From a bacterium (GTDB lineage Bacteria > UBA8248 > JACPRG01 > G963555815): a stretch of DNA of 64,000 nucleotides. The stretch spans positions 1,696,001-1,760,000 of the forward strand of contig CBDHDG010000006.1 of the NCBI GenBank assembly GCA_965261595.1, written 5' to 3'. The position numbers were made by a program, and so were the translations under genes. Below are positions 19,142-29,713 of the stretch, piece after piece. Within the stretch, counting starts at the first letter, position 1. Each line of letters begins with the position of its first letter. The notes below the pieces were generated by a model that worked only from the letters and a program-made list of their open reading frames with translations, was not told the origin of the DNA and did no database searches.

Positions 19142-22009
19142 TCAGGCGCCCCGCTTTTCAGTCAAGTCCCCGGGTGCGGCGAGGAGCCTTCTCAGGAACC
19201 TGCCGGTCTCGGACCCGGAGACCTCGGCGACCTCCTCGGGCGCGCCCACGGCGATGACCTCCCCCCCCTCGTCGCCCCCTTCGGGCCCCAGGTCGATGAT
19301 GTGATCGGCCGTCTTGATCACCTCCAGGTTGTGCTCGATGACGATGACCGTGTTCCCGGCGTCGGTCAGCCGGTGGAGGACGTCGAGAAGCTTCTTCACA
19401 TCGGCGAAGTGGAGCCCCGTCGTGGGCTCGTCCAGGATGTAGAGCGTCCGGCCTGTGGCCCGCTTGCCGAGCTCGCGGGAGAGCTTCACGCGCTGGGCCT
19501 CGCCTCCCGAGAGCGTCGTGGCCGACTGCCCCAGCCGGACGTACCCCAGCCCCACGTCGGCCAGGGTTTGAAGCTTGTTGCGCACGGAGGGGACGTTCTC
19601 GAAGAATTCGAGCCCCTGGTCCAGCGTCATGTCCAGAACGTCGGCGATGGACTGCCCCTTGTAGCGGACTTCGAGGGTCTCGCGGTTGAAGCGCCTGCTC
19701 TTGCACACCTGACAGGAAACGTACAGGCCCGGCAGGAAATGCATCTCCACCTTGATCAGGCCGTCCCCCTGGCACGCCTCGCACCGCCCGCCCTTGATGT
19801 TGAAGCTGAACCGGCCGGGCTTGTATCCCCGTTTGCGGGCCTCGGGGACCCGGGCGAACAGGTCGCGGATGAAGGTGAACACCCCTGTGTAGGTGGCCGG
19901 GTTGCTCCGGGGGGTCCGGCCGATGGGGGACTGATCGATCTCGATCACCTTGTCGATGTGCTCGAGGCCCTCGATGCCCCGGTGCCGGCCGGGCCGGGCC
20001 GTGCTCCGGTAGAGCTTCTGGGCCAGGGCCTTGTAGAGGATCTCCGTGACGAGCGTGCTCTTTCCCGAACCCGAGACCCCCGTGACGCACGTGAACACTC
20101 CCAGGGGGAAATGAACGTCCAGGGACTTCAGGTTGTTCTCGGCGGCGCCGAGGACGGAGAAGGTCCGGCCGTCCTGAATCCTCCGGAACCCCGGAACGGG
20201 GATGCGCTGCGCGCCGGAGAGGTACTGGCCGGTCAGGGAATGGGGGTTGGCCTTGACCTCCGCGGGCGTTCCCCGGGCCACCACGTGGCCGCCGTTCACC
20301 CCCGCCGCCGGGCCCAGGTCCAGGACGAAGTCGGCGGAGAGAATCGTCTCCTCGTCATGCTCGACGACGATGACCGTGTTTCCGAGATCGCGCAGCCGGA
20401 AGAGGATGTCGAGGAGCCTGCGGTTGTCCCGCTGGTGAAGGCCGATGCTGGGCTCGTCCAGGATGTAGAGCACGCCGACTAGGCTGGCCCCCACCTGCGT
20501 GGCCAGGCGGATGCGCTGCGCCTCGCCCCCGGCCAGGGTGGCCGCCCGGCGGTTCAGCGTCAAATAGTCCAGCCCGACCCGGGAGAGGAACTCCAGCCGG
20601 TCGGTGATCTCCCGGAGGATGCGCTCGGCGATCTTCATCTCGTAGGGGGACCACTTCAGGTTTTCGAAAAAGCCCTTCGCTTCCTTGATGGAAAGGGCCG
20701 CCACCGCCCCGATGCCCCGGCCCCCGACGAGGACGGCGCGGCTCTCCGGCTTCAGGCGATGCCCGTCGCAGGCGGCGCAGGGCTGGAGTGTCATGTAGGA
20801 CTCGATCTCCCGCTGAACTTCCGGCGAGCCGGTCTCGTGATAACGGTGCTCCAGCATGGCGACGACGCCGTCGAAAGGCCTGCGGAACCGGCGCCGTCTC
20901 CGGTCGAACTCGTTGCGGAACTCGATGGCCTCCTCTCCGGTCCCTTCGAGGAGGGCCCGCCGGAACCGGGCGGGCAACTTGCCGAACGGGGTGTCCAGCT
21001 CAGCGCCGTAATGTTTCGCCAACGCCTCCAGCACCTGGACGTAGGAGGCCGACGTTTTCTCGGCCCAGGGCCGGATGGCCCCCTGCCGGAGGGAGAGCGA
21101 CTTGTCGGGGACGATGAGGTCCGGGTCCACATGGGGCAGGAACCCCAGGCCCCCGCACGCCTCGCACGCCCCGTAGGGGCTGTTGAAGGAGAACATCCGC
21201 GGCGCGAGCTCCGGAAAGCCGATGCCGCAGTCGGGGCAGGCGAACTTTTCGCTGAAGAGGATCTCCTCGTCCGCCGGCCCGTCCGTCTCTTTCCCCGTGG
21301 ACAGGATGGCCAGGCCGTCGGTCAGCCGCAGGGCGGTTTCGAGCGAATCCGCCAGACGGCTTTCCACCCCTTTGCGCAGGAGAAGGCGGTCGACCACGAT
21401 GTCGATGTCGTGCTTGAAGCTCTTTTTGAGCCGGACGGGCTCGGCGAGGTCCACCATCCGGCCGTCCACGCGCGCGCGCACGAAGCCCCGGCGGGCGATG
21501 TCGGCCAGCTCCTTGCGGTACTCCCCCTTCCGCCCCCGGACGATGGGCGCCAGGATCCGCACCCGGGTTTCGGGCGGCAGGGCGAGGGTTTGGTCCACCA
21601 TCTGCTGGATGGTCTGGGAGGCGATGGGGCGGCCGCATTGGTGACAGTGCGGCCGGCCGACGCGGGCGTACAGGAGCCGGAGGTGGTCGTAGATCTCGGT
21701 GACCGTCCCGACGGTGGATCGCGGGTTCTTGCTTGTCGTCTTTTGCTCGATGGAGATGGCCGGCGAGAGACCCTCGATGGAGTCCACGTCCGGTTTGTCC
21801 ATCTGTTCCAGGAACTGCCGGGCGTAGGCGGAGAGGGATTCGACGTAGCGCCGCTGGCCCTCGGCATAGAGGGTGTCGAAGGCGAGAGAGGACTTTCCCG
21901 AGCCGCTGATCCCCGTGATGACGATGAGCCGGTTCCTGGGGATCTCGACGGTGACGTTCTTGAGGTTGTGCTCGCGGGCGCCCTTGATGACGATGTTGCG
22001 ATGGGCCAT
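19142..22009 (-). CDS. uvrA: Excinuclease ABC subunit A
   Basis: GAREHNLKN, two Walker A motifs ([16 protein letters not shown]), zinc fingers, [11 protein letters not shown]. Confidence 0.98.
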   Translation of the reverse strand: MAHRNIVIKGAREHNLKNVTVEIPRNRLIVITGISGSGKSSLAFDTLYAEGQRRYVESLSAYARQFLEQMDKPDVDSIEGLSPAISIEQKTTSKNPRSTVGTVTEIYDHLRLLYARVGRPHCHQCGRPIASQTIQQMVDQTLALPPETRVRILAPIVRGRKGEYRKELADIARRGFVRARVDGRMVDLAEPVRLKKSFKHDIDIVVDRLLLRKGVESRLADSLETALRLTDGLAILSTGKETDGPADEEILFSEKFACPDCGIGFPELAPRMFSFNSPYGACEACGGLGFLPHVDPDLIVPDKSLSLRQGAIRPWAEKTSASYVQVLEALAKHYGAELDTPFGKLPARFRRALLEGTGEEAIEFRNEFDRRRRRFRRPFDGVVAMLEHRYHETGSPEVQREIESYMTLQPCAACDGHRLKPESRAVLVGGRGIGAVAALSIKEAKGFFENLKWSPYEMKIAERILREITDRLEFLSRVGLDYLTLNRRAATLAGGEAQRIRLATQVGASLVGVLYILDEPSIGLHQRDNRRLLDILFRLRDLGNTVIVVEHDEETILSADFVLDLGPAAGVNGGHVVARGTPAEVKANPHSLTGQYLSGAQRIPVPGFRRIQDGRTFSVLGAAENNLKSLDVHFPLGVFTCVTGVSGSGKSTLVTEILYKALAQKLYRSTARPGRHRGIEGLEHIDKVIEIDQSPIGRTPRSNPATYTGVFTFIRDLFARVPEARKRGYKPGRFSFNIKGGRCEACQGDGLIKVEMHFLPGLYVSCQVCKSRRFNRETLEVRYKGQSIADVLDMTLDQGLEFFENVPSVRNKLQTLADVGLGYVRLGQSATTLSGGEAQRVKLSRELGKRATGRTLYILDEPTTGLHFADVKKLLDVLHRLTDAGNTVIVIEHNLEVIKTADHIIDLGPEGGDEGGEVIAVGAPEEVAEVSGSETGRFLRRLLAAPGDLTEKRGA

Positions 22010-22113
22010 GGGGTGGAAGGTCCTCGGGTGCTCGCGTGAGGGTGGCCGGGCGTTCCTGTCACATCTCAATATAAACGGCGCCGGCGTGGAGAGAAAGTGA
22101 GACGGCCCGAATT

Positions 22114-22140
22114 AAAAAGCGGGGTTCCGAAGAACCCCGC
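22114..22140 (-). terminator. Rho-independent terminator after the aquaporin gene
   Basis: 9-bp stem GCGGGGTTC/GAACCCCGC with a 4-nt loop, followed by T5 on the minus strand. Confidence 0.75.
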
Positions 22141-22164
22141 CGTGGGTTGTGGAGGGAGGGATTC

Positions 22165-22860
22165 TTATCCGGCCGACTCGGACGAATCCCCGCCGGTGCA
22201 GAGCTTGTACAGGACCGCGGCCAGGATCGCGCCCAGAATCGGCCCCACCCAGTAGACCCAGTGCGCGTCCCAAAATCCGGAGACCACGGCCGGCCCGAAC
22301 GTCCGGGCGGGATTCATCGACGCCCCGGTCAGGGGTCCGCCCATCAAAATATCGAAGACCAGCACCAGGCCGATGCCGAAGCCCCCGATCTTCGGGGCCT
22401 TCTCGTCCACGGCGGTCCCGTAGACCGCCAGCACCAGGAAGAACGTCAGGATGATCTCGACGAGGACGCCCGTCCCCGCCCCGATGCCGGGTCCGAGGCC
22501 CGGTGTTCCCAGGTTGACCTTGGTCCAGACCTCCGTCGAGTAGATGGTCCGGAGCAGAAGTCCGGCGATGACCCCCCCGGTGAGCTGGGAAATGATGTAC
22601 CCCACGGCGCGGCCGCCTTTGATCTTTCCCCCGACCAGGAGGCCGATGGTGACAGCCGGATTCACGTGCGCGCCCGAGATGTGGCCTAGGGCCGACACCA
22701 TAACCGCCAATACGATGCCGTGGGCCAAGGCGATTCCGAGAAGCCCGACGGCGCCGTTGGTCAGGGCGTTGGTGATGATGGCCCCGGCGCCGATGAAGCA
22801 CAGGCCGAACGTCCCGATGCACTCCGCCAGATAGGCTTTGGCGTTTTCTCCCATATTCAT
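22165..22860 (-). CDS. MIP family channel (aquaporin)
   Basis: Two NPA boxes (HISGAHVNPAVT, GASMNPARTFGP) and six hydrophobic segments. Confidence 0.95.
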   Translation of the reverse strand: MNMGENAKAYLAECIGTFGLCFIGAGAIITNALTNGAVGLLGIALAHGIVLAVMVSALGHISGAHVNPAVTIGLLVGGKIKGGRAVGYIISQLTGGVIAGLLLRTIYSTEVWTKVNLGTPGLGPGIGAGTGVLVEIILTFFLVLAVYGTAVDEKAPKIGGFGIGLVLVFDILMGGPLTGASMNPARTFGPAVVSGFWDAHWVYWVGPILGAILAAVLYKLCTGGDSSESAG

Positions 22861-23109
22861 TTCTCCTCAGCGATAGAGAGCCCCCGCAGGCCGAACACAC
22901 CAAACCCGCGCCATGATTGGCTCGGGCGCCATCCGGCCGGGGCGGCGAATCAAGATCCGGTATTGTCGGAGTGATCCGGGCAGGGGGGGGGGCGGTCGGT
23001 TACCCGCCTATTAAAGGTGGGCTGAGGAATTATAGCACGAGCCAGGGGGTTTCAACGCGGCGGTTTCGACCCGAATTCAGAGCGGCGTCCCGCCTGTTGC
23101 GGGCGGGCG

Positions 23110-24105
23110 TTAATCACCCATCATCCGGACGAACGCCTCAAAGAAGTGGTGAGCGAAATGATCGCCATACCGATTTTGGTCACCCATCTCTTTCAGGGCC
23201 TCGAAGCGGGTGAGACGCTTTTTATAAGGGCGGTTCGTCGTCATGGCGTCGAAGACGTCCGCGATGGCCGCGATCTTGGCCGCGTCCGTCAGCTCGTCGC
23301 CCTTTAACCCATTCGGATAGCCCCGACCGTCCATCCTTTCGTGGTGCGCGAGGACGATGTCCAGGATGGTGGGATCCTGATTGCCGTTTTCGACGAGGAT
23401 ATCGCGCCCCCAGGCGGGATGCCGCTTGATGGTCTCCCACTCGGACGGATTCAGGGGCCCATCCTTTTTGAGGATCGCGCCGTCCACCCGGGACTTTCCG
23501 ATGTCGTGAAACAGCAGTCCGACGGAAACCAGATCCATCGAGGCCGCGCTTTTCCGCGGAAAGACCTGCTGATACAGTCCCAGGCCGTAGATGCAGACGT
23601 GGAGGGAATGGGTGAAGGTGTAGTAGTCGTTGCTTGTCAGGCTCATCATGGAGCGCAGGGCTTTGGGGTGCAAGCTCAGATACATGGAGAGTTGACTCGC
23701 CTCATTCGCGGCCTTCTCCAGTGATTTGGGACTGATGTCGCCGGTGAACAGACCTTCCACCACCTTGGAGGCCTGGCCGTACAGGACCCCGGACCGGGTT
23801 TCCAAGGGAACCGATTCGTCGGAGAGGAAATTCCCCATTCGCGATTCAAGATAATCTTCGTAATCGGACAGGAAGCGGCGCTCGGTATAAACCTGCAGGC
23901 CTTCAGAGGTATGGAAGGCGGCCCTGAGCCTTTCCGTAAAACGCTGCCGCCGATTCATAACCAGAGAGAAGGAGCGGGACCCGTTCAACCGCTGATAAAT
24001 GGGAAATTCAAGCGGTTCGCCCCCTTGAAGGATCTCCAAGTCGATGGGCACGAGCCCCTCGAGACCGGGGCTGGTTTGGGGATCAACCTTCACCGCTTCG
24101 CTCAT
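23110..24105 (-). CDS. HD-GYP domain protein (putative c-di-GMP phosphodiesterase)
   Basis: HDIGK, HHERMDGRGYP, ADVFDAMTTNRPY. Confidence 0.92.
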   Translation of the reverse strand: MSEAVKVDPQTSPGLEGLVPIDLEILQGGEPLEFPIYQRLNGSRSFSLVMNRRQRFTERLRAAFHTSEGLQVYTERRFLSDYEDYLESRMGNFLSDESVPLETRSGVLYGQASKVVEGLFTGDISPKSLEKAANEASQLSMYLSLHPKALRSMMSLTSNDYYTFTHSLHVCIYGLGLYQQVFPRKSAASMDLVSVGLLFHDIGKSRVDGAILKKDGPLNPSEWETIKRHPAWGRDILVENGNQDPTILDIVLAHHERMDGRGYPNGLKGDELTDAAKIAAIADVFDAMTTNRPYKKRLTRFEALKEMGDQNRYGDHFAHHFFEAFVRMMGD

Positions 24106-24404
24106 CGCGGGCCTCAATTCCTTAACAAGGTGCAAAATGGCGCCGCATTCAGATGATCCTCATTCGACGAGGCTCGGAAGATTGCCGAGCGGATGCTCCG
24201 GCTTGTCATGCGGTGTCGATGGGACGGCTGGATCCGAGAATCCCCGAATCCGCCTCGCCCCTTGGACCCGACACGCCGGATTTCCCGACTATGGTTCGTA
24301 TCGGCAAATTTGCCAATGGATATAAGCGGAATTGCGTCTTGAAGTCCGACAGCCGCCCCCACCCGATTCCGGGTTGTTTCCACCACCGGGGCCGCCAGGG
24401 ACGA

Positions 24405-25122
24405 TCAATCGATGATGGCCACGGCCCGGATAGGCGCGCCGCTGGCCCCCTTCCACTTGACCGGCAGAAGAGAGACCGTAAAGCCGTAAGGTTTGGGAAT
24501 GGCCGCCAGGTTGGATAGATTCTCGACGTGCCAATATTCCCGGTCTTTGTAGAGGGTGTGGCAGGGCCACAGGTCTCCGCGCTCGAACATCTTCGGGATG
24601 GGCAGATCAAAGCCGACCGCATCAATGCCGATGGTCTTGATCCCCCGGTCCAGGAGCCATTCGCAGCTCTCGCGGATCATGCCGGGATGGTCGGTCAGGT
24701 ATCCGGGATGGTCCGATTTCTTCGAGGCGTCGGTCCGCAGCAGGACGATGTCGCTCACCTTGAGCGCATAATCGATGTTCGCCAGCGCCGCCTCCAGGTC
24801 GGCGATCTCGATGGCCTCGCCGCCTTTTTTTTGAGAAAGATCCAGGACCACGCCGGGCCCGTAGCAGTGTTCCAGCGGGATTTGCTCCGCCGAAGGCCCC
24901 TCCGGGTTCCCATGAAAGACGGAATCGATATGCGTTCCGTGGTGGTCGCTGAGGACGACGACGCAGTGGTTGAACAGGGTGTCGGCCCCGTATTGCGCCG
25001 CGTTCAGGCGGGCCGCGCTTTCATGGTGGTCCTCCAGCACCCGGATCAACGGGCTGATCGTCCCCCGGATAGGTCTGCATGAACCGGTGAACTTCCATGC
25101 TGAGGTCGCTGATCCGCGACAT
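24405..25122 (-). pseudogene. Cyclase family (kynurenine formamidase-like) metal hydrolase, +1 frameshift near the 5' end
   Basis: HHGTHIDS motif and GASGAPIRAVA end. The natural start MSRISDLS (ATG 25122, GGAGG RBS) joins the main ORF if one base is removed from the C5 run at 25062-25066. Confidence 0.8.
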
Positions 25123-25463
25123 TTTCTCGCCTCCCGGCTTGGTTTCGGCTGCGGGGGATGAAAACCGCCCGTCCGTTTGTTCTCAACAATGGGGACACCG
25201 GCGCGGGTGACCCCCGAGTGGGGAAGCCGGCCGATTCACGAGGAATGGCGGGCGTCCAAATCAGCTTCCGGCGGGTCATTCTATCGCATCTGAAAGGCTC
25301 GGGAACCGCGACAAGGTTTAAGGCTCCGGGGTGTGGAAACAAGGGAATCCCCGATTTTTCCTCGCAAGAGCGGGGGCCGCGCCCTATTTTCGTGGGAGAA
25401 GGTTTTCTCGATGCGGGCGTGCGCTACGCCGTCACGTCCGAAATCCTCCGTTCGGAGATCCGG

Positions 25464-26504
25464 ATGAATCGGAAATCTCAAGCCATCAGCGAATCCCATC
25501 CAGCGCCCCGGTCGGCGAGCGGTTGGGTGGCCGCGCTTGCCGTCCTGGCTCTTCTCATCGGCGCGGCCCCCGCGGACGCCCAGGGCTTTTCCATCATCAA
25601 GCCCAAGACCGAAAGGGAGATCGGGAAGAAATATGATCCGCTGATCCTGAAACAAATGGGGTACTACGCCGATCCCTTTCTCCAGCAATACGTCAGCCGC
25701 ATCGGCCGGAAAATCGCCGGCGCCATCAACAGAAAAGCGTATACCTATCATTTCAAGGTCGTGGACCAGCACCGGGAAAACGCCATGGCCCTGCCGGGCG
25801 GTTACATCTACATTACGCGCGGGATGCTGGCGGTGCTGAACAGCGAGGCCGAGCTGGCCGGCGTCCTGGGGCACGAGATCGCTCACGTCACACAGCGCCA
25901 TGGCGCCCGGCAGATGACCAAGGCCCTGGGCGCCCAGTTTCTGACCCTTGCGGCCGCGGCCGGGGGCGCCCTCGCGGGCGGCGGGGCCATCGCGCCCGCC
26001 ATCACGCTGACGCAGGCGGTGATGAGCAACGTCCTGAGCGGTCACGGGAGGGCGTTCGAATTCGAGGCCGACGAAAAGGGGCTTTACTATGCCTGGAAGG
26101 CGGGATACGACCCCCGGGAGGCCTCCAAGTTCATGCGGCGGCTGCGCCAAATCGAGCGGTTGCGCGGGATCGGCTACCACGGTTTCGGCTCGACCCACCC
26201 GGAGACCACCCTGCGGATCCTGAAGCTCGAAGAGCTTGCCCAGGTCCTGGCCCGCCCCGGACAGAAGCTGGCCGTGAAGGGCGACCATTACAAGGCGCAA
26301 TTGTCCGGATTGGTTTACGGGGAGCGCAAGGAAGGTTACCGTCTTAAGGCTCATCGGGCGCGGGCCGGGGAAACCCTTCCCGACCTCGCCGCCAAATATC
26401 TGGGCAACCGGAACTTCTCACTCGAGCTCGCCCTGTTGAACGACCTGGACGACCAGGCAGTCCTGAAAGAGGGCCAGCGGATTAAGATCGTTCGCAAGAA
26501 ATAA
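25464..26504 (+). CDS. M48 family metalloprotease with C-terminal LysM-like segment
   Basis: Signal-like N-terminus, NAMALPGGYIY, ELAGVLGHEIAH, EFEADE, STHP, LKEGQRIKIV. Confidence 0.9.
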   Translation: MNRKSQAISESHPAPRSASGWVAALAVLALLIGAAPADAQGFSIIKPKTEREIGKKYDPLILKQMGYYADPFLQQYVSRIGRKIAGAINRKAYTYHFKVVDQHRENAMALPGGYIYITRGMLAVLNSEAELAGVLGHEIAHVTQRHGARQMTKALGAQFLTLAAAAGGALAGGGAIAPAITLTQAVMSNVLSGHGRAFEFEADEKGLYYAWKAGYDPREASKFMRRLRQIERLRGIGYHGFGSTHPETTLRILKLEELAQVLARPGQKLAVKGDHYKAQLSGLVYGERKEGYRLKAHRARAGETLPDLAAKYLGNRNFSLELALLNDLDDQAVLKEGQRIKIVRKK

Positions 26505-26627
26505 CCCCTCCGAACTGAGGGTGGCGGGTTCGGCCGCGCACCCGTTGCTCCCCCCCTTCCCCCCGAATTTCGGGCCACTCCAATCGTTCCGCTATTCGTT
26601 ATGGAGCATGCCGGCGGGAGATCCCGG

Positions 26628-29150
26628 CTATCCCACCTCCGCCAAGTCCAGCCGATCACCCCAACGTTCTTTCACCCAGGCCCGCAGGCCCTGGTGCGCG
26701 GGCGCGGTCAGGTCCGGGTCCCGATCCACGAGGGCGAAGGCGTCCTCCCTCGCCTGCGTCAGCAGGTCGGTGTGGCGCAGCAGGCGGGTGAAGCGCAGAT
26801 CCGGGGCGCCGGCCTGTTTTGTCCCGAACATCTCGCCCGGTCCGCGGATCTCGAAGTCGCGGTCGGCGATTTGGAACCCGTCGGCGGTTTCGGCCATGAC
26901 GGCGAGGCGGGCCTCGGCCTCCGCCGTGAGCGGGGGGCGGGCCCGTAGGAAGCAGTAAGCCTTCTCTCCTCCCCGGCCCACCCGGCCCCGAAGCTGGTGG
27001 AGCTGGGACAGACCGTAGCGGTCCGCGTCCTCCACCCACATCACGGTGGCGTTCGGGACGTCCACGCCGACTTCGATCACCGTCGTTGTGACCAGGAGCC
27101 TGATGTCCCCCCGGCGAAATCCCTCCATGACCGCCTCTTTCTCCTCGGTCTTCATCCGGCCGTGAAGGAGCCCCACCCGAAACGGGTGAAGCTCGCGGCG
27201 AAGCCGATCCGCTGTCTCGACGGCGGCCTTCAGGTCCGACCGCTCCGTTTCCTCGATCCGGGGCGACACATGGTAGGCCTGCCGTCCGGCCCCCAGCTCG
27301 CGCCGGAGAAGACGCCACGCGGCCTCCGCTTTCCCCCCCACGTGCACGGCTGTCTCGACGGGCATTCTTCCAGGCGGCATCTCGTCGAGAAGGGAGAGGT
27401 CCAGGTCTCCGTACAAGGTCAGCGAGAGGCTCCGGGGGATGGGCGTCGCCGTCATGACGAGGACGTCGGGGTCGCTCCCTTTATCCCGGAGGGCCGAGCG
27501 CTGCATCACGCCGAAACGCTGTTGCTCGTCGATCACCGCGAGACCCAGGGACTTGAACCGCACGTCCGTCTGAATGAGCGCGTGTGTCCCAATGACCAAG
27601 GAGACGGACCCCTTCATTACGCTGTCGAGCAGGTCCGCCCGCTCCTTTTCCTTCATGCGCCCGGTGAGAAGCCCGGAGCGCACGCCCAGGGCGTCCGTCC
27701 AGCGCCGAACGGTTGCGGCGTGCTGCTCGGCCAGAATCTCCGTCGGGGCCAGCAGGACCGCCTGATGGCCGCTTTGAATCGCCGATAGCGCCGCCCAGAC
27801 CGCCACAACGGTTTTCCCGCTTCCGACGTCCCCCTGGAGGAGCCGGTTCATGGGCGAGGGGGCCAGCAGATCGCGGCCGATCTCCCCGAGGACCCGCTCC
27901 TGGGCGGAGGTCAGGTTGAACGGGAGGTTTTTCAGGAATCGGGCCGCCAGGGGACGATCCAGGTTGTAATCGCGGCCGCGCCGCCGCCGCTTCATCCGGT
28001 CTCTGCGCAGCGCGAGACCCGTTTGCAATCCGAACAGCTCGTCGAAGATGAGCCGCCGGTGCCACGGCGAGCGGCCGGCGTTGAGCGCTTCCGGATCGGC
28101 CGCGCCGCCGCCGTCGGTCATGGCCCCTTCCTCCGCCGCCGGGCCTTCGCCCGGAGGAAAGTGCACGCCCCGCAGGGCCTCCGACAGCGGGAGGAGTCCT
28201 CTTCGTTTCCGGATCGCTTTCGGGACGACGTCGGAGACCTGGCCGGAGAAGTCGTCGACCACCTTTTTCATCCAAACGCGGAAGGCCCTCGGCCTCACGC
28301 CTTCGGTAGCGGGGTAAAAGGGGACGATCCGCCCCGTGTGGAGGGAATCCCGGCCGCTCCCGTCTTCCTCCAGCTCCTCCACCTCCGGGTGGTGGACCTC
28401 GAGGCGTCCCCGCCGCCGGGGGTTGGAGCGGACGACGCCGCTGAACACAAACGTCCGGCCGGGCCGGTAGCGGTCCTTCATGGAGGCGGTCCGGAAGGCG
28501 AACCAGACAGCGGTGAGGACGCCGGCCGAATCTCCCAGCGTCACCTCGTAGATCCTTCGGCCCCGTCCGATGAACGCCGCGCCGCCCTCGAGGACTGTCG
28601 CCGAGAAGGTTTCCTCCTGTCCGGGCCGGAGGGCGGAGAGGGGTTGAAGACGCGAGCGATCCACGTATTTGCGCGGCAGGAAGAAGAGGGCGTCACCGAT
28701 GGTCCTGATCCCCAGACGGGCGAAGGTTTCGGCCCGTTTCGGCCCGACCCCGCGAACCCGTTGAATGGAGTCGGTGAGAAGGGGCCCTTCCGGAGAGGGG
28801 GCCTTCCGCCGGTTTCCCGCGCGCCGTTCTTCGGCCTTTCGGCGCGGGGACTCGCGGCCGCGGCGAGGACGCCGCCGAAGCGCCTTCTCGATTTCGTCGA
28901 GAAGTCTCAACGCCGATTCAATCCGTCCACGTTTTTCGCCGGCATCCAGGCCGTCGAACCCCCGGACGGCGTCGCCGAGCTTCTTCAGGCGGGTTGCGGC
29001 CGCCTTGGGCGGCCGCTCCGCTTCGATCTCGCGGAGCCAGACCGAGACCGATCGCTCGAGACCGGTGAGGGCGTCGATTTTCGCAAAATCATTTCGGGAA
29101 GCGAACTGAAGGGGTCTTCGGAGCTTTTCGAGGGGGTCCGGTTTCGCCAT
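26628..29150 (-). CDS. recG: ATP-dependent DNA helicase RecG
   Basis: RLLQGDVGSGKT, GTHALI, DEQQRFGV, MTATPIPR, QLHQLRGRVGRG, RGPGE; wedge domain. Confidence 0.97.
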   Translation of the reverse strand: MAKPDPLEKLRRPLQFASRNDFAKIDALTGLERSVSVWLREIEAERPPKAAATRLKKLGDAVRGFDGLDAGEKRGRIESALRLLDEIEKALRRRPRRGRESPRRKAEERRAGNRRKAPSPEGPLLTDSIQRVRGVGPKRAETFARLGIRTIGDALFFLPRKYVDRSRLQPLSALRPGQEETFSATVLEGGAAFIGRGRRIYEVTLGDSAGVLTAVWFAFRTASMKDRYRPGRTFVFSGVVRSNPRRRGRLEVHHPEVEELEEDGSGRDSLHTGRIVPFYPATEGVRPRAFRVWMKKVVDDFSGQVSDVVPKAIRKRRGLLPLSEALRGVHFPPGEGPAAEEGAMTDGGGAADPEALNAGRSPWHRRLIFDELFGLQTGLALRRDRMKRRRRGRDYNLDRPLAARFLKNLPFNLTSAQERVLGEIGRDLLAPSPMNRLLQGDVGSGKTVVAVWAALSAIQSGHQAVLLAPTEILAEQHAATVRRWTDALGVRSGLLTGRMKEKERADLLDSVMKGSVSLVIGTHALIQTDVRFKSLGLAVIDEQQRFGVMQRSALRDKGSDPDVLVMTATPIPRSLSLTLYGDLDLSLLDEMPPGRMPVETAVHVGGKAEAAWRLLRRELGAGRQAYHVSPRIEETERSDLKAAVETADRLRRELHPFRVGLLHGRMKTEEKEAVMEGFRRGDIRLLVTTTVIEVGVDVPNATVMWVEDADRYGLSQLHQLRGRVGRGGEKAYCFLRARPPLTAEAEARLAVMAETADGFQIADRDFEIRGPGEMFGTKQAGAPDLRFTRLLRHTDLLTQAREDAFALVDRDPDLTAPAHQGLRAWVKERWGDRLDLAEVG

Positions 29151-29456
29151 CGGGGGTGCTTGTCATCTCCACGCGGGGCGGGAGGAGTTCGGGCGCCGAT
29201 TGCCGAAACGGCGCCGATTCAGCCCGGGCTTCAGTCGGGACCTGAAAACGGCAAGGCTTCCATCCATCCGGCCGGCCGGCGGGAAAGGCGGCGGCGCCGC
29301 CCCTGTATTTTACACCGGCCGATCCGGACTTGCCGCGGCCGGCCGGCCGGCGAAAAAAGATTTGCGAGGACCGCGGCCAGGTGATAGTTTACGAGGGTTG
29401 TCCATCCGGTTTTCAGAGTTGACACCCGTTGAAGGGCCATTCTGGGGGTTCAGGCT

Positions 29457-29690
29457 GTGGCGAAGCGATGTGACGTTTGCGGAAAAGGTCCGGTTGTCGG
29501 GAACCGGGTGAGCCACGCCCACAAGGTCTCGAAGAGGCGTTGGGAGCCCAACCTCCAGCGGGTCCGCGTTCAGGTGAACGGCGGCGTCCGCCGGCTATCG
29601 GTGTGCACCTCCTGCATCCGGTCCGGAAAGATCCAAAAGGCCCCGCGCGGCGGATCGAGACCCGAAACCGAACCGGCCGCGACCTCCTGA
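29457..29690 (+). CDS. rpmB: 50S ribosomal protein L28 (Zn-ribbon form)
   Basis: CDVCGKGP..GNRVSHAH..SKRRWEPNLQ...CTSCIRSG. Confidence 0.96.
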   Translation: MAKRCDVCGKGPVVGNRVSHAHKVSKRRWEPNLQRVRVQVNGGVRRLSVCTSCIRSGKIQKAPRGGSRPETEPAATS

Positions 29691-29713
29691 AACCTTCCTC
29701 CCGGCCTTGGTCT

